A DNA stretch of 64,000 nucleotides from a virus, in IMG/VR virus record IMGVR_UViG_3300024999_000041, positions 64,001 through 128,000 of that record, one strand, 5' to 3'. Below the pieces are notes generated by a model. That model was not told the origin of the DNA and searched no databases. It saw only the letters and a list, made by a program, of their open reading frames with translations. The translations under genes were made by a program, and so were the position numbers. Below, piece by piece: positions 55,859-64,000 of this stretch (its first letter is position 1; each line of letters begins with the position of its first letter).

Positions 55859-57271
55859 TTATACTAAGTTCTGCACGTCAATCTTAGTAATAAACCTGTT
55901 CACGATGACCTTCATGGCTGACCAAACCAATGCGTACCCTTGGGTTTTTAACACATTGTTTAATACTGGTAAACTTCCGTTTACAACTAAAGGCATATAT
56001 GGACAGTAAACAGCAGGAGCATCGAAGTTGCCTGTACCTTTGTAGATACAATATACAGCACTGTCGTCTATTACGTCTATCGCTCTGATTACTGGAATAT
56101 TTTTGTTGTACATACCATAAAGTGTAGGTCCTGAAGAAGCAAATCCAGTTCTTTCAAATAAGGTTCCTAATTGGTCAAACAAGGCTGCTGCTTTAACACC
56201 ACAGATAATAGCTGTTACTTCACCACGACCTGCGTTTTGAGCAATGTGGGAAGAAGCTTCAGCGATTCTGTTTCTGAAAGCAAGTTTGTGTTCGACTTCG
56301 GAGGTTCCTGCTGGAGCTGCTGAATCCCATACGATAGGAGTACCGAAAGAAGCATTAGCTATTCTGCTAATAAGAGTGTTTCCCAATTCAGCGTTTATTT
56401 CCATTGTAAGGTCGTTAATCATTTCTGTTTCAGCATCCTTACCAAAGGTTTGTTTTAATTCAAACGCTTTCAAGCTACCCATTTCACTTCTTAATGCGAA
56501 CACTTCGGCTCTAACATCAGCGGAATCGAAACTTGATTGAATCGTAGGAAGGTTTCCGTTTTCTTCGTATTCTGTACCAAACTCAGCTCTAGCAACTTCT
56601 ACACCAGTAATAGGGGTGATGAAGTCGATAGTTACTAAACCTGTAGCATAGTTAATAGTACCTGTACCTAATGCTCCACCAACTGGAACAATGTTTCCAT
56701 TACCATCATCTATTAAGGTTTGGGTTGTCGTGGAAAGACTGATTGTTAATTGTCTTTCTCTAACAGGTGCTGGAGTTAAGTTGAAAGTATAACTTTGTTG
56801 AGCAGCTATCAATGTTCCTAAGTTCTGATAAACTTTCTCACCAGCGAAACCTACTGCTTGTACTTGAGGTTTAGCAATAGCATTTCTAAGGATGTCATTT
56901 TCACTAACATTTCCTCTAGTTGTTCTAGCTTTGATTTGTTTGAAATAAACAATACCTTGTTGACCTTTAATAGGTTGAACTGAAGCTAGTAAAGGAAGAA
57001 TGGAAGCTGCGTAGTTAGCTGTGATAACATCATAAGCGTATTTAGGTAATTGACCTAAATCTTTTAATGTACCAAATGTTTCACTTACCATTTTTTTAGT
57101 GTTTTCAAACTGTCTAAATTGTTTTCCTAAGATTACATAATCCATAGGGGAAATAGCTCTTACTCTTGCAAGTGGTGATTCTTCCAAGGATTCCATGTAA
57201 GGCTTGTAGGTAGGGTTCTTTAAGAAGTATTCCGCACCTCTTAATACTTTTTCATTCTGAGTCATCTTCAT
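55859..57271 (-). CDS. Major capsid protein (T4 gp23-like)
   Basis: SVQPI.G..G.VYF, V.A....LR, EIN.E, YKG...FDAP.VYCPYMPL. Confidence 0.92.
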   Translation of the reverse strand: MKMTQNEKVLRGAEYFLKNPTYKPYMESLEESPLARVRAISPMDYVILGKQFRQFENTKKMVSETFGTLKDLGQLPKYAYDVITANYAASILPLLASVQPIKGQQGIVYFKQIKARTTRGNVSENDILRNAIAKPQVQAVGFAGEKVYQNLGTLIAAQQSYTFNLTPAPVRERQLTISLSTTTQTLIDDGNGNIVPVGGALGTGTINYATGLVTIDFITPITGVEVARAEFGTEYEENGNLPTIQSSFDSADVRAEVFALRSEMGSLKAFELKQTFGKDAETEMINDLTMEINAELGNTLISRIANASFGTPIVWDSAAPAGTSEVEHKLAFRNRIAEASSHIAQNAGRGEVTAIICGVKAAALFDQLGTLFERTGFASSGPTLYGMYNKNIPVIRAIDVIDDSAVYCIYKGTGNFDAPAVYCPYMPLVVNGSLPVLNNVLKTQGYALVWSAMKVIVNRFITKIDVQNLV

Positions 57272-57338
57272 AATTTTAAATCACTCCTGTGGTCTGACGT
57301 TACTTATATCTTACAAACTATCTAACAATACATCTATA

Positions 57339-57349
57339 TATAATATAAA
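57339..57349 (-). promoter_or_regulatory. Putative late promoter TTTATATTATA (capsid gene)
   Basis: Exact motif copy. Confidence 0.65.
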
Positions 57350-57352
57350 GAA

Positions 57353-58789
57353 CTATTTTGATTTTTCATTTTTGTACTGTCTGAACAAATTATAGACAGG
57401 TGGTTTATCCTCTTTCAAAGACTGTTGCTGTTTTTTATCAACAACTTTTTTCTCTTCCATTCTAACTTCTTCTTTAACAATTTTTTTGTTTTTAAGGTTA
57501 AGTGATTGAAGAATACCAACTGTTTGAACTTCTCCCAATGTTTCTAACATGCTTCTTACGTTTTCTATAGGAGCATTGTATTCTCTCGAAATAGAAAGAA
57601 CTAAATTTTCATTTTGTTTTTCTTTTTCTTCATTTACTAAATGTTCCGCTCTTGAAATTATTTCTTTAACTTCACTAAGAGGAATACCTAAATTAACAGT
57701 TTCTTCAAGAACATATTCAATAACAGGTATAGCTTCTACGATAGAATCTAACTCACCAAGTTCTGACCACTTTTCATTGTCTTCTGTTAATTTTTTAACT
57801 TTTCTTTCAATCTGTTCAGGTCTTCCTAATTTAGCATAAGCTTCGAGTAATGAACCAGACTTCTCTAAATCTTCTTTAAGAGTGGTAATATCTTCTATTT
57901 CACACTCTTTCAAATGATTCTCAATAACTGCTAATTTTTCTGAAATCTGATTTTTTTCTGTTTCTACTTCTTCTGCTTTAGCTAATTTTTCTGTAAGACT
58001 AGCTATCTCAGCATTTTTCTTAATAACTTCTTCATCTAATTGTTTTGCTTTAGCTTCAGAAATAGCTTTCTCTTCCCTAAGTTTCATAACTTCTTCGTTA
58101 AGAGAATTCTTTTCTGTTCTTAAGTCTTCATAAATTTTTTGGGTAAATTCCATCTCTAGTCTCCTCATGTCTTCTTTTATCTTTTTGATATTTTCTTTAA
58201 TCAAAGGATTAGTTTCTGTAAAACCTGGATTCAATACGAAGTCAAAAGTTTCCAAATAATAACTATTTTCGTCAACTATTGGCATACCTTCGTGAGTCTC
58301 GTTGGATTTATAGTCCCCAGATGCTCTGGAAGATACTTTTATTCTCGAACCTGCTTTCATAACAACATAAAGGTTTCTTCCAGCAGGAGTACCTAGAATA
58401 TATGCCTCGCCCATACCCATCTTAGTTTCTTCGTCAATCCATAATTTAGTAACAATATGAGAAACTTTGCCATCCGTTATATCTGATTCAGTTATACCTC
58501 TATCTTCATGACCTATACAACCAAACATAACTTTATCGTCCAGTCTTCTTCTTAAATCTGGATGACCTATAATAGTTTCCCAAAATACTTTAGGATAATA
58601 TCTTTCATTTCTTGAAACACCGTCTGGAACAAAGAAAACACCTTGAACAACTGCCAAGATATTTCTACCGTCTGCAACAGATTTATTAGAAGATTCATTT
58701 AAATAATCTTCTTTTAATTCCCATTTATTATCGGGTATGTCCCAAAGCTCATATTGAAAATTTTTACTCATTACTTTCATACTCTCCAA
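57353..58789 (-). CDS. Prohead protease (gp21-like) fused to a coiled-coil scaffold (gp22-like)
   Basis: SRNERYYP, GH, VSHIV, LGTPAGR, VSSRASG, TFDFVLNPG, then ~270 aa Glu-rich coil. Confidence 0.88.
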   Translation of the reverse strand: MESMKVMSKNFQYELWDIPDNKWELKEDYLNESSNKSVADGRNILAVVQGVFFVPDGVSRNERYYPKVFWETIIGHPDLRRRLDDKVMFGCIGHEDRGITESDITDGKVSHIVTKLWIDEETKMGMGEAYILGTPAGRNLYVVMKAGSRIKVSSRASGDYKSNETHEGMPIVDENSYYLETFDFVLNPGFTETNPLIKENIKKIKEDMRRLEMEFTQKIYEDLRTEKNSLNEEVMKLREEKAISEAKAKQLDEEVIKKNAEIASLTEKLAKAEEVETEKNQISEKLAVIENHLKECEIEDITTLKEDLEKSGSLLEAYAKLGRPEQIERKVKKLTEDNEKWSELGELDSIVEAIPVIEYVLEETVNLGIPLSEVKEIISRAEHLVNEEKEKQNENLVLSISREYNAPIENVRSMLETLGEVQTVGILQSLNLKNKKIVKEEVRMEEKKVVDKKQQQSLKEDKPPVYNLFRQYKNEKSK

Positions 58790-59186
58790 AATTTATTGTT
58801 TTTGAATAGATGACTTGATTAGTTGTTTCCGTTTTTTTCCAAGATGCTAAATTAAATAAATTTTTAATTTGTTTATTGTGAGGCTCGAATTGTTGAAGAG
58901 CATGTACCAAATCTGAAAAACTTTCATTATTCTTAATTGATTTTAATACATATTCTTCTATTTCTGTATCCTCGTCCATAGCTCTTTTGTCTATTGTTAT
59001 CTTTACTTTTATAGTTTTATTCTGATTTTCTGATGTTATATCCCAGATAAGAGGTGCTGTGGTAGAATTTAAATCGTATTTAAAGTGTCTTAAACTTAAG
59101 GAAACTAGAGGACTTTCTATATTTACATCTCTGGGTATCCCTACTTTTTCAGTCAACTCTAATACTTTTTGTAATTTACCTTTCAC
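58764..59186 (-). CDS. Hypothetical head-cluster protein
   Basis: MKGKLQKVLELTE variant of the shared motif. Confidence 0.6.
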   Translation of the reverse strand: MKGKLQKVLELTEKVGIPRDVNIESPLVSLSLRHFKYDLNSTTAPLIWDITSENQNKTIKVKITIDKRAMDEDTEIEEYVLKSIKNNESFSDLVHALQQFEPHNKQIKNLFNLASWKKTETTNQVIYSKTINFGEYESNE

Positions 59187-59508
59187 CGTCTACTTTCCTT
59201 CTTCTTATTAATAGTGAATGTTTTTTGGCTAATTTTGCTTGGGGGGTTCTCGATTTCAACCTAGCTTTTATTAAAGTAGCTTTATTGTGTAAATCGTCTA
59301 CCTCTTCCACATCCCCCAACTTATTTCTAATGTTCTTAACTCTTCCGTGTTCAACTTTTTTAGTGAAAAGTTCCTCCTTTAACTCGTCCTCCTCGTCTTC
59401 AGAGTTGGTCTCTTCACCATCATGGCGACGTGGTGATTCTGTTATCTCCACAGCAGACCCACCACCTTCGCAAATTATTCTAACTAGTTCATTAATTCTT
59501 TTAAACAT
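59176..59508 (-). CDS. Prohead core protein (gp68-like)
   Basis: Basic C-terminus KARLKS...AKLAKKHSL.IRRR; position between portal and protease. Confidence 0.6.
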   Translation of the reverse strand: MFKRINELVRIICEGGGSAVEITESPRRHDGEETNSEDEEDELKEELFTKKVEHGRVKNIRNKLGDVEEVDDLHNKATLIKARLKSRTPQAKLAKKHSLLIRRRKVDGER

Positions 59509-59510
59509 TA

Positions 59511-60149
59511 TTAATCCAATAAATCAAACATGTCGAATTCATCAGCTACTATAGACTCGTTAGTAAAATAAGTACTTCTACTTGATTCAAACAACTCATT
59601 TTTAAATTCGTTATATTCTTCATCTTCGTCGCTTAAGGATTCATTTGGCTCTTCTTCATCTTCTTCTGAACTTTCTTCGCCTTCTTCATCCTCTTCGCCA
59701 TACATATCATCTTCGTTGTCGAAACCTTCACCGTCATCTTCGTAATCTTCTTCGCTTTCTTCCTCTTCGCCCTCATCTACATCGTCTATAAATTGTTGAA
59801 GAGTGAAAGCGAAGAAGATTATATCTATCATAATTCTAGTAAACATTATTAAAGCATGCTGAACTTCTTCTGGAGATGATTCAAAAGCATTTGTTAATTT
59901 AGATAAAGCATGAACATTATCCTCATCTCCATCTCCGTCAACATCTTCTCCATTTTCGTCATCTTCTTCGTGGTCTGAATGTTCTTCATCATCCAAACTT
60001 TGACTATCCAAAGATTCTTCATCGTCTTCTTCTGGTTCTGCTATAGCTCTAACAGATAAATCTTCCAACTCGTCGTCTTTTTCATATTTAAAACTAGGAG
60101 TTAGTTCTCTAAGACTTTCTAAAAGTGATTTTTTCTTATCCATCTTCAA
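59511..60149 (-). CDS. Highly acidic prohead core-like protein (gp67-like position)
   Basis: D/E low-complexity tracts; follows the portal gene. Confidence 0.55.
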   Translation of the reverse strand: MKMDKKKSLLESLRELTPSFKYEKDDELEDLSVRAIAEPEEDDEESLDSQSLDDEEHSDHEEDDENGEDVDGDGDEDNVHALSKLTNAFESSPEEVQHALIMFTRIMIDIIFFAFTLQQFIDDVDEGEEEESEEDYEDDGEGFDNEDDMYGEEDEEGEESSEEDEEEPNESLSDEDEEYNEFKNELFESSRSTYFTNESIVADEFDMFDLLD

Positions 60150-60195
60150 TTCTCCAAACTTATATAATATACATATTATGTATTAAGCCTCTAAT

Positions 60196-60206
60196 TATAA
60201 TATAAA
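60196..60206 (-). promoter_or_regulatory. Putative late promoter TTTATATTATA
   Basis: Exact motif copy; variant at 60163. Confidence 0.6.
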
Positions 60207-60228
60207 TTAGACTTAATTAATTATAAAA

Positions 60229-61953
60229 TTAAAACGTATCAGCTACATTAACACTACCACCACTAGGGGTTTCTGGAGGTGTTGGAGCCTCTGCTGTTAT
60301 AGTTGGAGTTTCTCCTGTAGGAGTACTAGAAGTACTAGGAGCTCCTTGAGGAGATTGAGTAGATAATTGAGGACCTTGGAAAGAAGTATTTCCTCTGCTA
60401 GGAGTTCCAGAAGGAGTCATAAGTTCTCCCCCCCTATCGGGTAATGATACCCTACCCTTACCATCAGCATATAATTTTAAAACTTTTTGCATTTTAGGGA
60501 AAGCAGCGGTATACATTTTAAAGAATTCAAGTAACTCTTTACTGTCTACTTCTAAAGCTATCTGGTCAGATGAAGAAATCTCGTTTAATAAAGCTACAAA
60601 ATCTTTAAGTGTAGTCATTACTGCTACTATTACTTCCATATCGTCCATTAAATCCACATTAGTAACAGATTTAAATTTTACTTTTATATCATTTTTCTCA
60701 ACATAATACCCCTTATGGAATAAATGTTTCCACATTATATCTTTGATACCATTACCGTAACATGTTTGAATATTTACTAGCTTGGTAGAGTAAGCAGAAT
60801 AAACTTTTAGCATATCTGTCTTACCTAATAATTGGTCTCCGTATGCTAAATAAAAAGAAGGAACTCCCATAGCCAAAGCTATGTTTTTCCTTACATCGTT
60901 TATTCTATTATTTAAATCAGAACTATCAAAATTAAACTGTATTTGTTCTATACCACCCTTACCGTCTGAGAATCTTGGGATAACTTTAAACCTAGAAGCT
61001 GTCTGTAGAATATCTCCTACGTTAAGATTTTCCATATTTAAGGCTTCAGTGTTCATACTGTTAAGTATGTTCTCGTATCTGTCTATAGCTTCTGAAGTAT
61101 TAGTATTATCCATATCTGCGTTCATGTCTACAGATACTATAATGGGGGCTAATACCCTTTTCAACTCTGAGGCTAGGGCAGTAGTCTCTAATACACTTAA
61201 TTTTTTAACTGAAGATAATACGGGATATATTACCGATGTTCCAACTCTTACAGACTCTGGAACATCTATAATATCTGTATCTGTTTCTACTTTTACTCTC
61301 AGTCTGTTGTTATTTAAACAGAAGTGTACTATCTCGTCCTTATCTATAAGCTCAAACTTAGAAGCCTTTCTGTTAAATCTGAAAAATGAATCAATATCTC
61401 TTCCCTTATAAATAGCCAAGTAATCGTCTAAATCACAATTATCTGTAATTTCTACTACTCCAACACCTTTTACTATCTTAGTCTTAAGGAAGTATTCTCC
61501 CATTAGCATAAAGTCTGGAAGAATATCCGAAGAGAGACCAGCTAAATCATGCTGGTCTACAAACCCGTCCATTATTTTTTGTATATCTTCATCTGTTTTA
61601 TATCTTTTTTCTCTATTAGGAGAATATTCTATGGATATAAATTTATCATCAGATACACTACTGAAAGCATCGTTATATAAAGAAGTCAATAAAGTTTGTA
61701 CAAGTTCATTATCTCGTACAGTCATTAAATTTTTTATTAAATCTTCCCTAGACTTGAAACTAGCCCCCATCTGTTTCATTATCTGACCGATAACATTACT
61801 TCTGGAATAGTCCCCATAAGAGTCCACGGGTAAATTATATCTGTTAGTTAAATCAAACGTCTTAGTACTGTCGGGTTTTAAATCATAATGTCCCGTTAGT
61901 CCTCTAAATATGTTCATTGCTTGACTTAATTCAAAACCGCCACCAAAAGGCAT
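60229..61953 (-). CDS. Portal protein (T4 gp20-like)
   Basis: Follows the terminase; GE.F, IVHF, GTSV.YP, L..LE, IPR..DG.GG, AMGVP..YL; P/T/S-rich tail. Confidence 0.82.
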   Translation of the reverse strand: MPFGGGFELSQAMNIFRGLTGHYDLKPDSTKTFDLTNRYNLPVDSYGDYSRSNVIGQIMKQMGASFKSREDLIKNLMTVRDNELVQTLLTSLYNDAFSSVSDDKFISIEYSPNREKRYKTDEDIQKIMDGFVDQHDLAGLSSDILPDFMLMGEYFLKTKIVKGVGVVEITDNCDLDDYLAIYKGRDIDSFFRFNRKASKFELIDKDEIVHFCLNNNRLRVKVETDTDIIDVPESVRVGTSVIYPVLSSVKKLSVLETTALASELKRVLAPIIVSVDMNADMDNTNTSEAIDRYENILNSMNTEALNMENLNVGDILQTASRFKVIPRFSDGKGGIEQIQFNFDSSDLNNRINDVRKNIALAMGVPSFYLAYGDQLLGKTDMLKVYSAYSTKLVNIQTCYGNGIKDIMWKHLFHKGYYVEKNDIKVKFKSVTNVDLMDDMEVIVAVMTTLKDFVALLNEISSSDQIALEVDSKELLEFFKMYTAAFPKMQKVLKLYADGKGRVSLPDRGGELMTPSGTPSRGNTSFQGPQLSTQSPQGAPSTSSTPTGETPTITAEAPTPPETPSGGSVNVADTF

Positions 61954-61978
61954 ATAAAAACCTCCGAATAAATCTACT

Positions 61979-61989
61979 TATAATATAAA
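61979..61989 (-). promoter_or_regulatory. Putative late promoter TTTATATTATA (portal)
   Basis: Exact motif copy ~25 nt upstream of the start. Confidence 0.6.
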
Positions 61990-63885
61990 TTATTTAAAGT
62001 TCCATGTTTTATTTATCTGTTCTTTTTGTTGTTGTGTCCTAGCCTGTCTCATTAACTGAGATAAACCAAGTCCTAAATCTGGAGTCAGTCCATCTTTATT
62101 AGACAGGTCTACGTAAACCTGATTTCTGTTCATATAATCTTTAGAATTGATACATTTCCAGATACCCCCACACACAGAGTCAGCAATATCTTTGCTGTTA
62201 TTTGATATATGGTCTATCTTCTTTTCTAAATCTCTTAGCCCTAACAGTTCTGTTATTAGTAGTTCGTTTTTAACCCCTATTAGTTTATTAGTATACATTA
62301 ATTCTCTTAAAGTGTAATAAGGTTCCTTAGTTCTATCCACAGATAAATATTCTGTTTCTACATTACTTGTTCTAAGTAACTGACGAGTAACATCTCCTTG
62401 AAACATGTCAGTAGTTATAACTTTAATAGGGTATCCCATTTTTATCAATAAAAATAAAAAATCTATGACTTTAATTATATTTATTTCTTCCCCTTTTTTG
62501 GCTTCTATCCCTATAGCAAAATCTACATAGAACATTCTTTCTCTTTTTTTAGTTACAGGAATACTAGGATTCTCTATAGTAGGTCTTATTTCAAATTCCT
62601 CTAGTGTGCTATATACTGAAGATAGTCCAAATCTATCTTTCTTAGTAGCTATATCTAAATGAACAAACCTGTAACTATCCTGATGAAGAGGTTTTTTAAA
62701 ATAATCTAAACTATGAACATAATTCTCTAACTTATCGTTTGGGTCATTAAAACTCATGCTAATAATATCATTTTTGAATCTGTTTGGATTAACAAATAAG
62801 TTCCTAACGAGTTGTTTAGATTTAAACAAAGATATATCTGCATGAACCCTACGTCCAGCTACATCCCTTATACTCCCTATTAATCTAGTACCACTAAAAT
62901 CTTCATAATAAGTATAAGGAACATCTATTGTATTTTCTTCCATCTCTGGAGAAATTATTTCTTCATCATCAACTAATCGGGGGTCTCTTTTAGAATCCCC
63001 TAAGAAAACCCTAAAAGTATCTTTTGTAAAAGTACCCTTAACTTGCCAAGCTGACAAGTTATCCCTAAAATTTCCGAATGGGTTAGTCTGTATTTCTTCA
63101 ATAGCAGTATTTAAATAGTCTTGTTCGTCTATGGGGGAACTTACTAACCATAAAATACCAGGCATAAAATCGCTAAATTTATCAAACCTAGATTTTCTTC
63201 TCGTCTTGAACAGGTTATGAATATCTTGAGCTTTTTTTATAGACTCCTTCCCTAAGTAATAAGAAACTTCGTCCATTAAACACCCGAAATTCATCTTACC
63301 TAATAAATGGTTAATATTTGAACCAATATTAACTAGGATGATATCGTTAATTATAACACCCTCGTCTGAAGCAGTGGTTCTAGCTTTTGGAGTTGCTTTT
63401 CTCTCTATAAAATAGGGAGAAGTATTAACCATCCCCAAAAACTTAGAGAAAGCAACAGAACTTCCCTGAGCTTTATCTGGTGTCATTATTGTAAAAGCAA
63501 AAGGGTCTAAGCGTTTTGTCTGTAAATAATAGGTATAGGGGTCTTTTAAACACATCAATTTGTACATTTCATATACCATAGAGGCTATTGCTATAGTCGT
63601 CTTACCTACTCCTATTGCAGTTGAGAGAATAAATTCGTTATACATGTTAATACAAGGGTGCGGATGTACTTCTTGAAGTAGTTCTAACCAGTAATCGTAT
63701 ATCTCGTCCCCTAAAGAATTTCCTAAATAATAAGGGTCTTTTATAAAAGTAACTATATCTACAGGTTTCTCCGTATAAGAATCTTCTTCAGCATAATAAA
63801 TAGCCTCCCCTTTATCCCAAATGGAAAGGTCTTTGTAATTGGTAAAAACATCTTCAGTATAATTAATCCTCTGAAGGTAAGTCAT
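61990..63885 (-). CDS. terL: Terminase large subunit
   Basis: PVDIVTFI.D.YYLG, Walker A AIGVGKTT, LMDE, VSSP, HLDIA..KD, TTD.FQ, SVDRT, IDH...SKD.AD. Confidence 0.9.
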   Translation of the reverse strand: MTYLQRINYTEDVFTNYKDLSIWDKGEAIYYAEEDSYTEKPVDIVTFIKDPYYLGNSLGDEIYDYWLELLQEVHPHPCINMYNEFILSTAIGVGKTTIAIASMVYEMYKLMCLKDPYTYYLQTKRLDPFAFTIMTPDKAQGSSVAFSKFLGMVNTSPYFIERKATPKARTTASDEGVIINDIILVNIGSNINHLLGKMNFGCLMDEVSYYLGKESIKKAQDIHNLFKTRRKSRFDKFSDFMPGILWLVSSPIDEQDYLNTAIEEIQTNPFGNFRDNLSAWQVKGTFTKDTFRVFLGDSKRDPRLVDDEEIISPEMEENTIDVPYTYYEDFSGTRLIGSIRDVAGRRVHADISLFKSKQLVRNLFVNPNRFKNDIISMSFNDPNDKLENYVHSLDYFKKPLHQDSYRFVHLDIATKKDRFGLSSVYSTLEEFEIRPTIENPSIPVTKKRERMFYVDFAIGIEAKKGEEINIIKVIDFLFLLIKMGYPIKVITTDMFQGDVTRQLLRTSNVETEYLSVDRTKEPYYTLRELMYTNKLIGVKNELLITELLGLRDLEKKIDHISNNSKDIADSVCGGIWKCINSKDYMNRNQVYVDLSNKDGLTPDLGLGLSQLMRQARTQQQKEQINKTWNFK

Positions 63886-64000
63886 TATTTTCTCTAGCCC
63901 TTCGTTTCATTTCATTAACAAATTCTCTTATTCGGGCATCCTGTGGAAGATTTCCTCCTTTAGCAGGAGGACTATCTTGAAAATAAGCTCTTATTATCTC
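63863..64000 (-). CDS. 3' end of an upstream gene (possibly terminase small subunit)
   Basis: Open frame EIIRAYFQDSPPAKGG...LPSED* overlapping the terL start. Confidence 0.45.
   Translation of the reverse strand, partial: EIIRAYFQDSPPAKGGNLPQDARIREFVNEMKRRARENNDLPSED

Noticed and set aside
376-61411. All plus-strand ORFs in the track (e.g. 11913..12248, 60881..61411)
   Set aside because: They are antisense shadows of well-supported minus-strand genes, with Ser/Leu/Phe-rich composition and no recognisable motifs
1-64000. tRNA/rRNA genes, integrase or att sites
   Set aside because: Intergenic gaps are short, AT-rich and explained by promoters and terminators; no cloverleaf or recombinase motifs were noticed by eye (tRNAscan not run)

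Overview
This AT-rich 64 kb window is an uninterrupted piece of a large lytic-type myovirus genome with T4-like morphogenesis genes. Essentially all genes are on the minus strand. Read in the direction of transcription (64000 to 1), it holds: (1) terminase, portal, prohead core, a protease-scaffold fusion, major capsid and neck genes; (2) a block (~46.6-54 kb) of probable internal-head/ejected proteins, including ADP-ribosyltransferase-fold proteins and a T3-type SAM-lyase-like domain, most sharing an N-terminal motif ending in a prohead-protease-type [ILVM]-x-E site; (3) a contractile tail and baseplate module and an M15 endolysin; (4) a replication/recombination module (5'-3' exonuclease, dNMP kinase, SF2 helicase, DnaB, primase Zn domain, family A polymerase, ligase, SSB, RuvC, RecA, split SbcC, SbcD); (5) an accessory end with a BtuR/CobO cobalamin adenosyltransferase, a GIY-YIG endonuclease, three orphan fibre-like genes and a patatin phospholipase. 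Two promoter classes are visible: near-perfect sigma70/sigmaA promoters and a recurrent TTTATATTATA motif found mainly upstream of structural genes. The best candidate for an undescribed system is the motif-tagged, capsid-loaded cargo cluster (SAM lyase plus ARTs). Other notable signals are an in-frame TAA inside a perfect 32-bp palindrome in the tail tube gene and a candidate +1 frameshift (CCC UUU CGU) in the tail/baseplate chaperone. All calls come from motif recognition by eye; no database searches were run.
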